64,000 nt of DNA from Octopus sinensis (Eukaryota): contig NC_043017.1 of assembly GCF_006345805.1 (NCBI RefSeq), positions 13,516,001 through 13,580,000 on the forward strand, in the 5' to 3' direction. Of this stretch, positions 48,601-62,630 are shown one piece after another; position 1 is the stretch's first letter, and each line of letters begins with the position of its first letter. Both the position numbers and the translations under genes were made by a program. Under the pieces are notes generated by a model. It had not been told where the DNA came from. It worked only from the letters and a program-made list of their open reading frames with translations, and searched no databases.

Positions 48601-49984
48601 CACAGGAATTCTGGGCGTTCAAGAATTCATTACAGTGTGCGCTATTTTCTTCATTACAAGACTGAAGAAAGTATTGTAGTTCTCATTTAAGAAAAGAAAT
48701 TCACATATTTGTGATGGATTGTTAGTGTATGTGTGCTTGTGTATTCATAAACACACACACACACACACACACACACAACACTGGTGTACGTTTGTGAGTG
48801 AGTGTGTGAAGACACTAACACCTGTGCACATACACTTACACACGCATGCACATACACATAAATCATCATAATTGCACATACATATGTATTGAAAGACGAA
48901 GGAAAGAGAGAGAGAGAGAGAGAAGATAGACAAGGGAGACGAGGCCAGTAGGTAAACAGAAAAGCAAGCATTCATGCATAAATGACATCTTGTAACAACA
49001 TGTTGAAGTAAAAACAGAACATGACAAAAGCAGAAACCAGGATATTATATAAATGTAGGGCATGAAACATAGAACACACTGCCTACGTCAGTTGAGGGAG
49101 GGAGGGAGGGTGGATTGGGGCAGAATGAAATATAGAAACTTCCATTTAGTGTGGCTGTGTGGTAAGAAACTTGCTTCCCGACCACATGGTTCCAGGTTCA
49201 ATCCTACTGCATGGCACCTTGAGCAAGTGTCTTCTACTATAGCATTGGGCCAACCAAAGCCTTGTGAGTGGATTTGGCAGATGGAAACTGAAAGAAGACT
49301 GTCGTATATATATAGAAGCCAGTGCTGCCTCGACTGGCTTCCGTGCAGGTGGCACGTAAAATGCACCAATCCGACCGTGGCCGACGCCAGCCTCGCCTGG
49401 CACCAGTGCAGGTGGCACGTAAAAAGCACCCACTACACTCATGGAGTGGTTGGCGTTAGGAAGGGCATCCAGCTGTAGAAACATAGCCAGATCAGACTGG
49501 AGCCTGGTGCAGCCTTCTGGCTTCCCAGATCCCCGGTCAAACCGTCCAACCCATGCTAGCATGGAGAACGGATGTTAAACGATGATGATGATATATGTGT
49601 ATGTGTGTGTATCTTTGTGTCTGTCTCCCACCACACCCCCATTGCTTGACAACTGGTGTTGGTGTGTTTACATCCCTGTAACATAGTGGTTTGGAAAAAA
49701 AGGGTCTGAGAGAATAAGTGCCAGGCTTAAAAAAATAATTACTAGGGTCAATTCGTTTGACTAAAAAAAAAAAAATTCTCAAAGGCAGTGCCCCAGTATG
49801 GCCACAGTCTAATGACTGAAACAAGCAAAAGATACATAAACACACACACATATGTATGGAGGGTTCTTCATTAGTTTCATTGATGAGGATTCAAGTGTTT
49901 AACCAACTGCATCACCTGCTCATTTAATTAGGGCACAGGCCCTAATTAAATTGGTCAGGTTGAGACTATAGTAGAAGGCACTTG

Positions 49985-50990
49985 CTTTAACAGTTCTCTA
50001 TTTATATTACCTGTTCCAGGTGATTTATTACATTCTAGTTTGCTAATTCCTTATCAAATATCTTTTGAAGTAATTTCTACCTCTTGTTGCACATAGCTAT
50101 TCCCTGCATCTTGTTTGTTGTGCCACACTACTAACACCCATCTCTGTTTTGTTGTGGTTGTAATGTATATTCCAGTATTATCTACAACTATCACTTTACC
50201 TCATTGGCTTTGCATTCTAGGTTGCTGTAATTATCTTCAACAGCTTGACATTTAGGTACCAATTCTTTAGTTAGATCTTAAACTATTTACTGTGGTTTTC
50301 TTGAGCTATTTACTCACTGATTTCTTCCAATTCCTTCACATCTTTCATTAACTCATCTCTCTTTTACACCCCTAATTTACTTTCTTTCCTATCGACCCAA
50401 TCTAGATTCCATTCTTCCTGCTTTTTGTTTTCATTTGTTTCTCTTTCAAACCCTCTTCTTTCATCACAGCTGAGATTAAGACATCTTTATTTATGCTAAG
50501 ATTCTTAACTTACTTTTACCAGCTAACACTCTTACTATTTCTTAACAAATTCCTATTAATTCTTGCACACTGGCATCTCATGATTATGTAAAGAGTCTGA
50601 ATTTTCCTCCCACTTTCATCATTCCATTTTGTTATCATATTTTGTTCATTACCTTCTTTAAGAGCATATTTTATTCTTGCAGTTTAGTTCTTGATTAATT
50701 ACAAATTAATTGTTATTATCATCATTAAAAGTCTGTGATAGTTGTCTATATCTGTACTTGGAAAAATTTGACTTTTAGCTCCATTTATACTCAATTGATA
50801 TCTGTTTTGGATATGAATAAAATCCATCTGGTTATTCAATATCCCTCTTGGTGAATGCCAGCATATTTTTCTTGGCAATTTCTACCAATGTATCATATTT
50901 GCTATAATTAGCTTCTGTTGTCTTGCAAATTTAAATAATCTTACTTCACTCTTGTTTTGTACTTTTCTTTTTTCAAGCCATGTTTATGAA
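49985..50990 (-). pseudogene. Old RTE relic: APE C-terminus through RT start
   Basis: RLFKFARQQKLIIAN..CWHSPRG..NQMDFI..IFPSTDIDNYH (APE) and NKSPGTGNINRELLK (RT); contains an about 150-nt segment (50310-50470) also found at 47405-47560. Confidence 0.7.
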
Positions 50991-51129
50991 TAGTTCCTTT
51001 CCAACTATTATAAGCAGTTTCCGCTAAGTTATACATGTGTGCACACATTTTGCAACCAGCCCACCAAAGACATTAAGCTCAGACAAGAAACTGGTGTGCA
51101 AAAAAAAGATTGGTTGCCTGAAGTAATTC

Positions 51130-51670
51130 ATAATGATCGTGCTGATTCCTCACTGTGGAGGGAACCTGTGGAAGAGGTAGACCCAGGAAGATGTGGGATG
51201 AAATGGTGAAGCATTATCTATTTCTTTACTACACACAAGGGGCTAAACACAGAGAGGACAAACAAGGACAGACAAACGGATTAATTCGATTATATCGCCC
51301 CCAGTGCGTAACTGGTACTTATTTAATTGACCCTGACAGGATGAAAGGCAAAGTCGACCTCAGCATAATTTGAACTCAGAACGTAGTGGCAGATGAAATA
51401 CTGCTAAGCATTTCACCCGGCGTGCTAACATTTCTGCCAGCTTGCTGCCTTGCATTATGGTGAAGCATTATCTTCAGATGTTGAACCTCACGGAGGTGAT
51501 CACAAGTGATTGAGACCTTTGGCAATTTGCTGTGCTTCAGAAGACACATCAAGTCAAGTGAAATCGTGGTTGTGGCCAGTGCTGGTGAAATGTAAAAGGC
51601 ACCCACTCTCGGAGTGGTTGGCATTAGGAATGTCACCCAGCCATAGAAATCAAGCCAAATCAGACTGAAA
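51130..51670 (+). mobile_element. RTE C-terminus plus 3'UTR (repeat D), split by a minus-strand SINE-C with a 17-bp TSD
   Basis: VEGTCGRGRPRKMWDEMVKHYLQMLNLTEVITSD*DLWQFAVLQKTHQVK* then D sequence; ATGGTGAAGCATTATCT at 51203-51219 and 51457-51473. Confidence 0.85.
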
Positions 51671-52749
51671 CAAATCAATATTGATTTGTTTTAATTTGGC
51701 ACAGAAACCACCCCAGTATATTACTGGTGCTTATTTTAGTTGCACCAGAAGAATAAAGAGCAATGGGAGCTCCAGTAGCATTTGAACTAAGAATGTAAAG
51801 AGATCAAGCTAAATAATATTCTGAGGTATTTAGTTCAGCTTTCTACCATATCAACCACTACACCACGACCACCACCCAACTTAGGCAGATCACCACTACT
51901 ACTACTACTACCACCACCACAGACTTACAACAACCAGAGGAACCTCTAAGTGATTGTTTGGCCTGCTTAAAAATAGCAGCTAAATATTCTTCAAATCAAA
52001 TACTACCATCTTAAGAAAAAAAAATGATGCACTGGAAAAGATGGGGTGGTCATGGTTAGAATGGCTTTGATCTAAGTCTACTGAATTAAGACTGACCTTG
52101 GGTTAAATAACAAAAAAAAAAGAAACATTGATTGCAACAGTGAAACCAGTATTAAAACCCAAGAAAATATTGTGATCATTACAACATATCTACAATTCAT
52201 TAACAATTGACAAAAATTTAGATCTTATTTGAACAATACACTATTTTCATTGCCTTCATTAAAAGCCATTCCTTATTCAAATTTATTCCCTATATTAGTG
52301 TCACTTGCTTCAAATTCCTGTTGAGACAAGAGAGGATATGGAACACAGAAAGCAAGGGAGGAGGGAAGAACACCAAGAAACACAGCAACATAAAGTCTTT
52401 AGAACTGCTAAAAACTAAATCACCACTCTGCAATGGCAGAAAAGTTTTTGTCCAGACAAGATTTTTTCACAAATCAATGTTAATATGTCAACAGTTGGTT
52501 TTCTTTTTATTCCCTAACCAAGTCAAAATCAGGTAAAAAGATCAATAAAATTAAAAGCAGGACTGTGCTGCTTTTTTTTTAAACGATAAATCAATTTTGA
52601 ATCAAAAGGCAGTAGGCACAGCTGCCACACACCCAAGAGACATACCAACACCAAACTGGATTGGTAACAATTCACCAGAAACATCTGTCAGAAGTGGTTT
52701 CAACATAATCTTACTTGAAACTGTAGTGTGTGTCCGATTTGAATATAGA

Positions 52750-53480
52750 GGCACCTACCTTCTCTTCTTAGTGACGGAGACCCTCCAGTGGTGACTAGTC
52801 CTTCCACACAGCCCCAACCCGAACACTAACGATAGCAGCTGCTAGCCCAAACCCTTAGCGACGTCCTCACACGTCTTGTCACCTGCACGACCCACGTTGG
52901 AAAGGGTGCAATTCCCCGCTCCCTGTGCATGCCTGATGGCTGACCCCTTCCGGTTACCCCAGCTTCCGGTCAACGCACCCGGCTGCTGACGTCATCCCAC
53001 AGAAACATAATGTCAGAAATCAGGGCCATGTTAATGGAATCACTGACCCCTAAGCATAGCAATGCACTGGGCTCTTACATCAACGTTCGTTCATCAGAGT
53101 GACAATGATGATCTAGTCATCCTTCAGGATGACTGATGACTTGTGCAGTGATATTGTTTAGAGTGAAGAAGAATTGTGCACCATCAGCCTCACTCTCTTG
53201 TCTATGACCATCTTCAATCCAGTGGCAAGACCAGGTCAAGATGACAGAGGATAGATAGATCACTAAAATTTTTTTTCTGCCTCACCTTGCTCTCTGCACT
53301 TTACAATGCATGGCTGCAACCACTTTCACTTCTACTGAACCACAAAGGTTTCTTCTGCAGAGTCCATCAGATCCGGTCTTCACATGCATAGGTAGGCAAG
53401 CAGCCCCTACATGCACTACCACTGTATACACAGGCTAACTCCAGGGCCCCTGGACACATGAGATTCCTAAGGCAAGTATC
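52750..53480. repeat. Unclassified GC-richer interspersed repeat; diverged partial copy at about 54650-54830
   Basis: 53140-53300 aligns with 54670-54830 (gcagtga..cacc at.agcctcactct..gaccatcttcaatc.agtggcaa..aggtcaaga). Confidence 0.55.
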
Positions 53481-53483
53481 CCA

Positions 53484-53887
53484 GAGTGGCTGTGTGGTAA
53501 GTAGCTTGCTAACCAACCACATGGTTCCGGGTTCAGTCTCACTGCATGGCATCTTGGGCAAGTGTCTTCTGCTATAGCCCCGGGCCGACCAATGCCTTGT
53601 GAGTGGATTTGGTAGACGGAAACTGAAAGAAGCCTGTCGTATATATGTATATATATATGTATGTGTGTGTATGCGTTTGTGTGTCTGTGTTTGTCCCCCT
53701 AGCATTGCTTGACAACCAATGCTGGTGTGTTTACGTCCCCGTCACTTAGCGGCTCGGCAAAAGAGACCGAAAGAATAAGTACTGGGCTTACAAATAATAA
53801 GTCCCGGGGTCGATTTGCTCGACTAAAGGCGGTGCTCCAGCATGGCCGCAGTCAAATGACTGAAACAAGTAAAAGAGAGTAAAAGAG
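53484..53887 (+). mobile_element. SINE-B, near full length
   Basis: Consensus match. Confidence 0.9.
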
Positions 53888-55515
53888 AATGTGCTCACTG
53901 ACAACAAATGGTGATAAGTTTACCAATTAGTTTAACAACGTCAATCAAATTAGGTTCTGTAAAAACGGGTTTGAGAATAGTGAGTGGGGGTGGGTACTCC
54001 TTCAAGAGAAAATAATTTATTCAATATTCCACTTTGGGGATCAGAGCAGTATTGTTAGTTTCAGATTTCCAGTAGATCAGTCACTAGTATACAGTATTTA
54101 TGATAGTATGAATGACAAAAGGTAATGCCATCATCATTTAACATCCATCTTTCTTTGATAGCATGGGAGTCTGTGTAATTTGGTGCAGAACAAACATCAT
54201 GCAAGAGATTGTTGTTTGAAAGAATTAGTTTATTAGTTTTACTCACTGGCAATTACAGCTTTTGCTAATACACACACACAGAGAAACATGCATGTTCACA
54301 CATTTACCTAAACACACGTACATATACATGCACACATACACATATGTAATAGGAGAGGCACAGTATAGCCAGCTGTTACTCACAGGTAAGTATGCCGTTC
54401 AAGAATTTGGACCTGGAGATCTCCATTTCCAGCGACTTCGAGGGCCACCTCCCAGTGGTGTCGGGTGTCAACGAAGAGCCCTCAACTACAACAAGACGAC
54501 CAAAGTTTTTTTGTTTTTTTTTCCAAGGTCTGGGGTCTCCCGCCCCTAAGCCCTAGGCCATCACCTAATCACCCTTACCTGTCTTGTTGCTTAACAACAA
54601 CAACAACAGGTAAGTACAATCTGGTAACATGCCTTCACTAATTGTTTTAGGCACCTGTGTAGTCACGAGCAGTGACTGTTTAAAATAAAGAAGAGTTGCA
54701 CACCATTAACCTCACTCTTTTGTCCGTGACCGTCTTCAATCAAGTGGCAAAATTAGGTCAAGACAACTGGGGGTGAACGTCCTAGATAACTAAAATCTCT
54801 TACTGGCTACATCTTGCTCTCAGCACTTCAGAATCTCAGGATATCTCAGCAATTCATCCCCCACCCCTCGTGACAAAACAACACACCCAGAATGTGACAG
54901 CTGGGTGGGGGTGGGGGGCAACATCAGTACACACTTGATATTCATTTTCAGCTGAGTAGACTAAAGTAACATGAAATGAAGTGACTTGTTCAAGGACATG
55001 ATTCAACAGTCATTGTAATCTGATCAAGAAGAATTATGATGAAAGGTGTTGCAGCTATGACTACCCCATGTCTGGTACCTAACATTACCAAAATATTCAG
55101 TAACACGTCTAAAAAGTCAATATTGTGTAAGTAACAACAGCAAAGCTAATTTTTTGAAAAATTCCTAGAAATCCAGGGAACAATTTTTTCTTTTCTTCTT
55201 TTTTTTTTTCTTTCTTACATATAAAATAATTAATATCAGAATTAGTATACATAGAAATTCATGTATGAAACTGGTTTTTCTACCTAAATCGATACACAAA
55301 ATGGTCACAATATAAAACTCAGCAAATAATTAACTGCAACAACTTGACATTAAAATCCTGCTTCCTAAACTGTCAGAGGGTTTGAAGTCTTGTTCAAGAA
55401 ATACCAGCAAAATAAATTACAGGGGTTTCAAAATACACAGAGAAAAGTTGAAATATATTTTGTTCTGTGCAGATATGGCTACTTGGTTAAGAAGTTGGCT
55501 TCTTATTTCTTTTTT

Positions 55516-55923
55516 TATTTCTTTATTGCCCCCAAGGGGCTAAACATAGTGGGGACAAACAAGGACAGACAAACGGATTAAGTCGATTACATTGACCCCA
55601 GTGCGAAACTGGTACTTTATTTATCGACCCCGAAAGGATGACAGGCAAAGTTGACCTTGGCGGAATTTGAACTCAGAACGTAGCAGTAGACGAAATACCT
55701 ATTTCTTTACTACTCACAAGGGGCTAAACACAGATAGGACAAACAAGGACAGACAAACGTATTAAGTCAATTATATTGACCCCAGTGCATAACTGGTACT
55801 TATTTAATTGACCCCGAAAGGATGAAAGGCAAAGTCGACCTTGGTGGAATTTGAACTCAGAACATAGCGGCAGACGAAATACCGCTAAGCATTTCGCCCG
55901 ATGTGCTAACGTTTCTGCCAGGT
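55516..55923 (-). mobile_element. SINE-C dimer inserted into a SINE-B head
   Basis: Same internal junction as at 43414; SINE-B sequence on both sides (55475-55505 and 55930-56070). Confidence 0.85.
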
Positions 55924-58900
55924 TGCAACTTCTTCCTAACCACACGGCTTGGGTTCAATCATACTGTGTGGTACTTTGGACAAATGTCTTTTATTATAGC
56001 CCTGGGCTAACCAAAGCTTTTTGAGTGGATCTGGTAGATGGAAACTGAAAAAAAAAGCCCATCATATACAGAAGGCTACAGTGCCCTATAGTAACCCTTT
56101 TTTTTATACTATATTCCTATGTGTGATAACAGAAGACTAAAAGGGATGGCAATTGGAAGGGTATCCAGCCCCAAAACACTGCTTTAGAAAACCTGTCTGA
56201 CCCATTTCAGCATGAAAAAGTGCAGGTAAATGATACTGGCAATGATAATGAAATGCAGTCACACACACACATACACACACACACAAAGTTGGAATCGGAG
56301 TGGTTGGTAAGTTGGTTGGTAACCTAGCAATGTGGTTAGACGGTGTTTAAAAAAAAAATGAGGAAAATGCAATAATAAACTTGTTCTCCTCACCAAAAAA
56401 ACATTGGTAAATATTTAACTGATAGACGACGCCTACAATGGAGGAAAGCTTTTGTACCTTTTTTTTGTGTATTTTTTGTTTTTGTTTTGGAATAGGTGAA
56501 TAGAAAAAAAAACCATCATCACCGTTCAAAGACATCCATCATAGCTAACCACTTCCACCTATACCGTTGAAACTTACACCACTACCACCACCACCACAAC
56601 TGCCACTGCTACAACTACTACCACCACCACCACAACTGCCACTGCTACAACTACTACCACCACCACCACCACCACCATTATCACAACTATCACATCACTA
56701 CCACCACAACTGCTGCCACCACCAATGCCACCACCATTGGTGCTGTAGCCTCTGCTATTACCCTACTACCACCATCACACTCCCCATCATTATTATCAGC
56801 ACCATCAATGTTAACACCATCGTCCACCCTCCCAACCATCAATACCATCATCACCACACTGCTATTACTACTAATTCCATCACACCACCACCACCACCAC
56901 CACCCCACCACCGCCACCACCACCACCTTGATAAACAGTTAAATATCTATAGTTTTTATTTGGCATTCATTGAACAACTATTTGGTTTGGTGGAGTTATT
57001 TATAGCTGGATACCTTTCATGGTGCCAACCACTGCATCAGAATTTGAACCAATGAAGGAGCTTCTCTACAGCTGCCCAACCAGCCCCACCACCACCACCA
57101 CCACCATCACAATGGATTGCCACTCCTATTGATACTGTACCATGTTGTAATCTGTGAAATGTCGTCATCCTGAGATCCAGCTTCTCCTTCCCATCTCTTG
57201 TATTGTCTATCATCTGTGACAAGCACCCTCCATCTCTCCTGTTTCTGCCCCTCTACCATACTTGAACCTCTCAACATTTAGCATAAAACCACCTCTGTCT
57301 ATACCACCTTATCTTCTCAGTTGAGGGGTCTTATCTTGTGAGATACTTGGTAACTCCACTGGTGCTGGTGCTACACAAAAAGTACCCAGTATACTCAGTG
57401 AAGTGGTTGGTGTTAGGAAGAGCATCCAGTGGTAGAAACTATACCAAAGCAGACACTGGAAGTCGGTACAGTCTACTGACTCACTAGGTCTGGTCAAACT
57501 GTCCAATTCATGCCAGCATGGAAAACAGATGTTAAATGATGATGAGGACTGAGATTAAAGATTAAAAAAATTATTCCATATAAAGAGAATTTCTTATAGT
57601 AATATTGAAATTAGCCAATTTAGGGATAGTAAGGTAAAAATTGGTCCTCCTTTTCAAGCAGAAAAATACTGTGGAATAACTCCATTCACAACCCGATGTT
57701 TTGGAAGAAGATATTTGCTCAAGGTATCATGCAGTGAACCAAAATCAAAACTACATGTTTATAAAGAAGCCTGCTCCCAAACACATAAACATTTAAGATC
57801 ATTAGGCCATTAGGCTTTAAGAGTCCCTCCTAGCGTGTGGCATTTATGTATAGTAATGCCCTCTATATAATATAAATATATTTAAGAGAAAAATTGGTAG
57901 ATTTTTCTCTTATGAGGTTTTACACGCTAACTACTTGATAAATTCTTATAAAGATTTTATCCTATTTTTAATATATATATATATATATTTGTGTGTGTGT
58001 GTATATGGTGGACCACTTTTGTAAACAATATATGACGGTTCTGCAATTTCTTGTTGAACAACCTGCACAGATGATTTGTTTACAGTGATCAAATGTTTGT
58101 GCTGTACATTGGCTCAGTCTTTGTATCAAAATGACATTTCCTGTGAGGGAGATAGTGTGCCACATGCTAGATGTTGAAGTGATCACAGAGCAACACGAAT
58201 TGAAGTGATCCTGGTCCATGAATTAAAACCACAGTCTTACAATTATGATTTCAATGCTCTAAAAACTTGGCCATACTATCTTTCATATATTTATATATTA
58301 TCATCATTATCATCTAGCATCTGTTTTCTATGGTGGTATGGGTTAGACGGTTTGACTGGAACTGGTAAGCCAGAGAGCTGTATCAGGCTCCAGTCTGATT
58401 TGGTTTCATTTCTATGTCTGGATGCCCTTCCTAATGCCAACCAATCCAAGAGTGTAGTGGATGCCTTTTCCTTGTCACTGGCACTGGTGACAATTGCGAT
58501 TTCACTTGTGGTTATAATTCTTGGACTGAGCAATGTGTTGTGTTCTTGAGCAAAACACAAACATTTCCTTTCATGTTGATCGAATCCACTCGGCTGGCAA
58601 AAATGAGTAATGTTGCAAAGGACCGGTGTCCTGGAAATATATGTGCATTGGAAATCAGCCTATGAGTCCATATGACTCAGGAAGGATCTTTGTCCTTTTT
58701 ATCCATTATATGTATGAGTATGTATATGACACATGTTCTCATATATATACATATATAAATGAGTGTGCTTTTTCTAATGAGTTGTAGTGAATCTGAGCAC
58801 TGTATACAATAAGTTCAGGATTATTATTGAGTGAGAGAGCAGTGCATGCCATCGAAGTGACACTAGGGTACAAATAAATGAAGCCCAATATACCCACCCA

Positions 58901-59134
58901 TGACTGCTCGTCTGATAAGGATACGCCAGACACATGCATCACAACCATGTGTGTGCAGCATGGTATTCTCATATTAAGATGATCAACGCGGGGTCAAGTG
59001 GCCCATCCCACACAAAAGGTCCCTGAGTAAGGGTTGTTTAAGGATGTTGAACAAAAAAGCCATTATCATTACTATTTCCCCTCCTCCTCCTCCTACTATT
59101 GCTGCTACTGCTACTACTACTACTACTACTACTA

Positions 59135-59341
59135 AAGGGGTGAGCTGCCAGAATCATTAGCACACTGGGCAAAATGCCTAGCAGCATTTTGTCCATCTTT
59201 ATGTTCTGAGTTCAACTTTGCCTTTCATCTTTTCAGGGTCGATAAAATAAGTACCAGTTGAATACTGAGGTTGATGTAATCGACTTATCTCCTCCCCCGA
59301 AAATGCTGACCTTGTGCCAAAATTATTATTATTATTATTAT
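59135..59341 (+). mobile_element. SINE-C with (ATT)n tail
   Basis: gagctgccagaatcattagcac..gagttcaa..cttgtgccaaa(att)n. Confidence 0.75.
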
Positions 59342-59613
59342 TCAGTAGTTTTATTTTTATGGCGTGCTTTCACTTCACTATCGAGCGCAGCTCTGTGTGC
59401 ATTGGATATGTGCTGTGGGTTGCTGTGATGCTCTTATGGTTACTGTATTGAAAGTGTTTTGCATAGGATGTGTGCAGTGCCCAGTAGTGCAATTTTCTGT
59501 ATGTTGTATATATTTGTATGTCCTGGTGTTTTTGTTATTTATTTGTCAGAATATTATTTTATCATGCCTAATGCACCTACTATGATAGGGATTGTTTCGG
59601 TTTTTAGATTCCA

Positions 59614-59614
<1 letters not shown>
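59342..59614 (-). mobile_element. R4/Dong-like 3' fragment, same family as 16917-17580
   Basis: Reverse complement gives aatccctatcatagtaggtgcatta..cagaaaattgcactactgggcac..3'UTR..actactgaa; (ATT)n on both sides. Confidence 0.85.
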
Positions 59615-59647
<33 letters not shown>

Positions 59648-61543
59648 AGAGAATAAAATTACTAAGATTAATTGTTTGTTTATTTATTTAACAATTTCAT
59701 GCTCTACAATACACTGGTCTGTCTATGTCTTGTTCACAAGCGTCTATGCTGCATACTAAATGAGAAGGTGTTGCAAGTCTTTGCTCAACAATCCTCCAGT
59801 TGTTGGAGAAAGGCAGTTCTATGGGTGACACACCACACTTTTCAAAGAAGAAGACGAAGAGGACTGGACATAATACTTAATTAATATACTTCATTTATCG
59901 ACTCATCACAGAAGAATAAAAGACAAAATGGTGACTTCGATAAGGTTTGAACTCTGTACACAGGGTGCATGAATAAATACGGCAAGATATATCCGTCTGC
60001 TGCTCTGAATTTCCCGCCAGTCGGCCACATCGTTCATTGGAGATAACAAATAATGTAGAACTGAGAGTTACCGCCCTTGGCTGACGTATACCTTTCTATT
60101 TTATATTTCTTTATTCATTCGTATTCGCCACACACACACGCACACATAAATAAGTCGATGGGTTGGGTGGTCAGTATGTGGTCGTTCGAGCTGCAAAAAA
60201 TAACAACCAACTTCGACTAAATTACATACTGCCATCTTAAATAAGGAAGCGATTGATAAGATAGTGTGTTCATAAAACCCTTAGAAAAGACGATGTGGTT
60301 ATGGCTGGAATGAGTTCCCACAATGGTCTGCTCGACCAGAGATGACTAAGAGAACAACAACAAAAAATTGCTATCGTGATGTTACTGTTTTCTTTTTTTT
60401 TAATTTCCATTTAATTAGTTACAAGAGGAGCTAAGGAAATTTCTATGATTGCTCCGTCTATTACAAATAGCAGTCAAATCTCCCTCGAATCACAACTGTT
60501 TCACACACACACGTAAAGGAAATGACCTAGTACAATTTAGTCTTAGATATGCTATGGCTGAAGAAAACAGAAAGATGGTTGCAAATGGAATATTATATTT
60601 GGTCATCGGTCTACTCAGTTAGTTCTGACCTGGGACTAAACAATAACAAAATTGTAAGCTAGTGAAACGGAAAGCAGCTTGTATATATATATATTATATA
60701 TATATATATATAAATATAATATATATATATTATATATAATTATATGTATACATATATATATATTGTTCAACTAAAATCAATGCTCCAGCATGGCCACAGT
60801 CAAATGACTGAAACAAGTAAAATATAAGAGAATACACACATGCAAGTATATATTAAATTATATTGCATGCATTATATTACATATAATATTCAAATCACAC
60901 CCTTGTGGTTTAAAAGGAAAAAGTTGAAAGGAAACTTCTTCAAAAGACATGGTGGTCATTGCTGGAATATGTTTAATCATTGGTGTATTTAAACAGGACA
61001 GAGCTGGGCCTAACCAGTAGCAACTAATTAATAAAACTCACTTCACCCTATTTATTGAGAGTCTACTGCTACATTTTCTGTGAAACTCCACTATTGATAA
61101 TTATAATTCGTTAACCAGGTATAATTGTCACAGGAAGGAATTGCAAAACAGACTGACCCAAGGCAAATAAAATAAAAAAATTACATTCACCTAGTGTAAC
61201 CATTTTACAGGGTCTTACGCCTCACCCTTCAAAACCTTTAACATTTAGAATTGTTTGGTTTCATCTGAAGTCACCTGTGTTAATCTACACATGTGAGGAT
61301 CATCATCTTCCCTTGGTACCAACCAGAAGTTAGTAACATATCACAGAACTCCTACCAGTTATATGTTAGACAAGACACAAGACTTTGATAATGATATTTT
61401 CCCTTATTTCCTGTCAATTTTCCTAAAGATCTAAGAGTTTTTAAGATCAAAAATTTTTACTCAAGTCTTCCCACCTTCACACAGAACAGAGAGATATTAA
61501 AGGAACTACAGAGATTGCTTTGTTTGTGTTTGAAGTGCTTTAA

Positions 61544-61763
61544 CCCTTTAGTGTTTGCATTATTCTGCCAAAATTAATGTTTTTTATCCACATTGTCTTG
61601 AACTAATCGTGCATTATCTTGTAGCTATGAGATTTTGATGAGGTAGCTGTTAATTTTTAAAACGATATTGTAGGGCTGGTGTGAGAGACCAGATCTGGCC
61701 AGTTTGAACATAAAACAGGCAGAATACTTTTGGCCGGATATGGCCGGTTTAAATGCTAAAGGG
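61544..61763. mobile_element. piggyBac-type MITE
   Basis: TTAA|CCCTTTAG..CTAAAGGG|TTAA. Confidence 0.88.
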
Positions 61764-61937
61764 TTAAGTCGTCATTGGAAACAAGACTAACAACTGGTTA
61801 AGAACCAGACTGATTTGAGTCAGAGTATATTAAAACATTTTGGGACTGCAGTTTACTCCCAGAGATGAAACCCAAGAACAGGCAACAAAGTGCACGCCAC
61901 CAAATGAAAATCCCCATACACAGAAATGTAATATACG

Positions 61938-62158
61938 CACAAGGGAGTGCTGAAAAGGGTATCGCTTTAAGAGTATTGTGACAGGCCTGGTTGGAGGCCC
62001 AACATTCTGGGTCCTTTTACAGGGCTTAGAAAAACTGAAGGACTATTGCAATCAGTGTGTGAATCTGAGAGGGGAATATGCTGAATAAAGTCATAATTAA
62101 CTGATCCTCCTTTATTTTCTTTTTGCCCAAAGCCAAGAACTTTTCAGCCCCACTCATA
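61938..62158 (+). mobile_element. Internally deleted mariner-like element
   Basis: TIR-like gggagtgctgaaaag / cttttcagccccac; retains a transposase C-terminus QGLEKL..CVNLRGEYAE*. Confidence 0.65.
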
Positions 62159-62242
62159 TGTGTGTGTGGGATTACATAGAGCTAGATACGTGACTCAAAA
62201 TCCAAGTTTTGGGCATTGCACTTCTCAAATTTTACATGTATA

Positions 62243-62630
62243 CTAAGAGTATCGCCCGGCGTTGCTCGGGTTTGTAAGGGAAATAACTATATAAGCATTT
62301 GTAGAGATGTAAAGTATAATAGCCATCTCAATATGGCTAACTACAAAGTGGGGGGGGGGTTACTGTAGCTTTTTACGTTCTGAGATTTAATAATACATTT
62401 TTAGAGAGTTACTTCCCTTATATAATAGCAAAAAAATGCATTAAAAATGGGGAAAAATGATGGTAAATTTTTTTTTAAATCGTAGACTCATGCTGATACC
62501 CAGAAGGGCTCGATATGAATCACGACTGTAAGATACCCACTTTTGGTTACACTGCACTGCAAAATGTGGGAGTAGTTAGGAATCTAAATCGTAGGAGACA
62601 GACACACAACTTCACTTTTATATATAAAGA
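62243..62630 (-). mobile_element. Non-autonomous Helitron
   Basis: A|TCTTTATATATAAAA 5' end, cccgagcaacgccggg hairpin, TTAG|T 3' end; 3' end shared with 46442-46824. Confidence 0.85.

Noticed and set aside
54061-54252. ORF with a LIM-like look (WMLNDDGITFCHSYYHKYC)
   Set aside because: Overlaps a decayed repeat D tail (catcatcatttaacatcc), and Cys/His spacing does not fit LIM.
56567-57055. 162-aa Pro/His-rich ORF
   Set aside because: (CAC/ACT)n low-complexity tract with no splice signals or domain.
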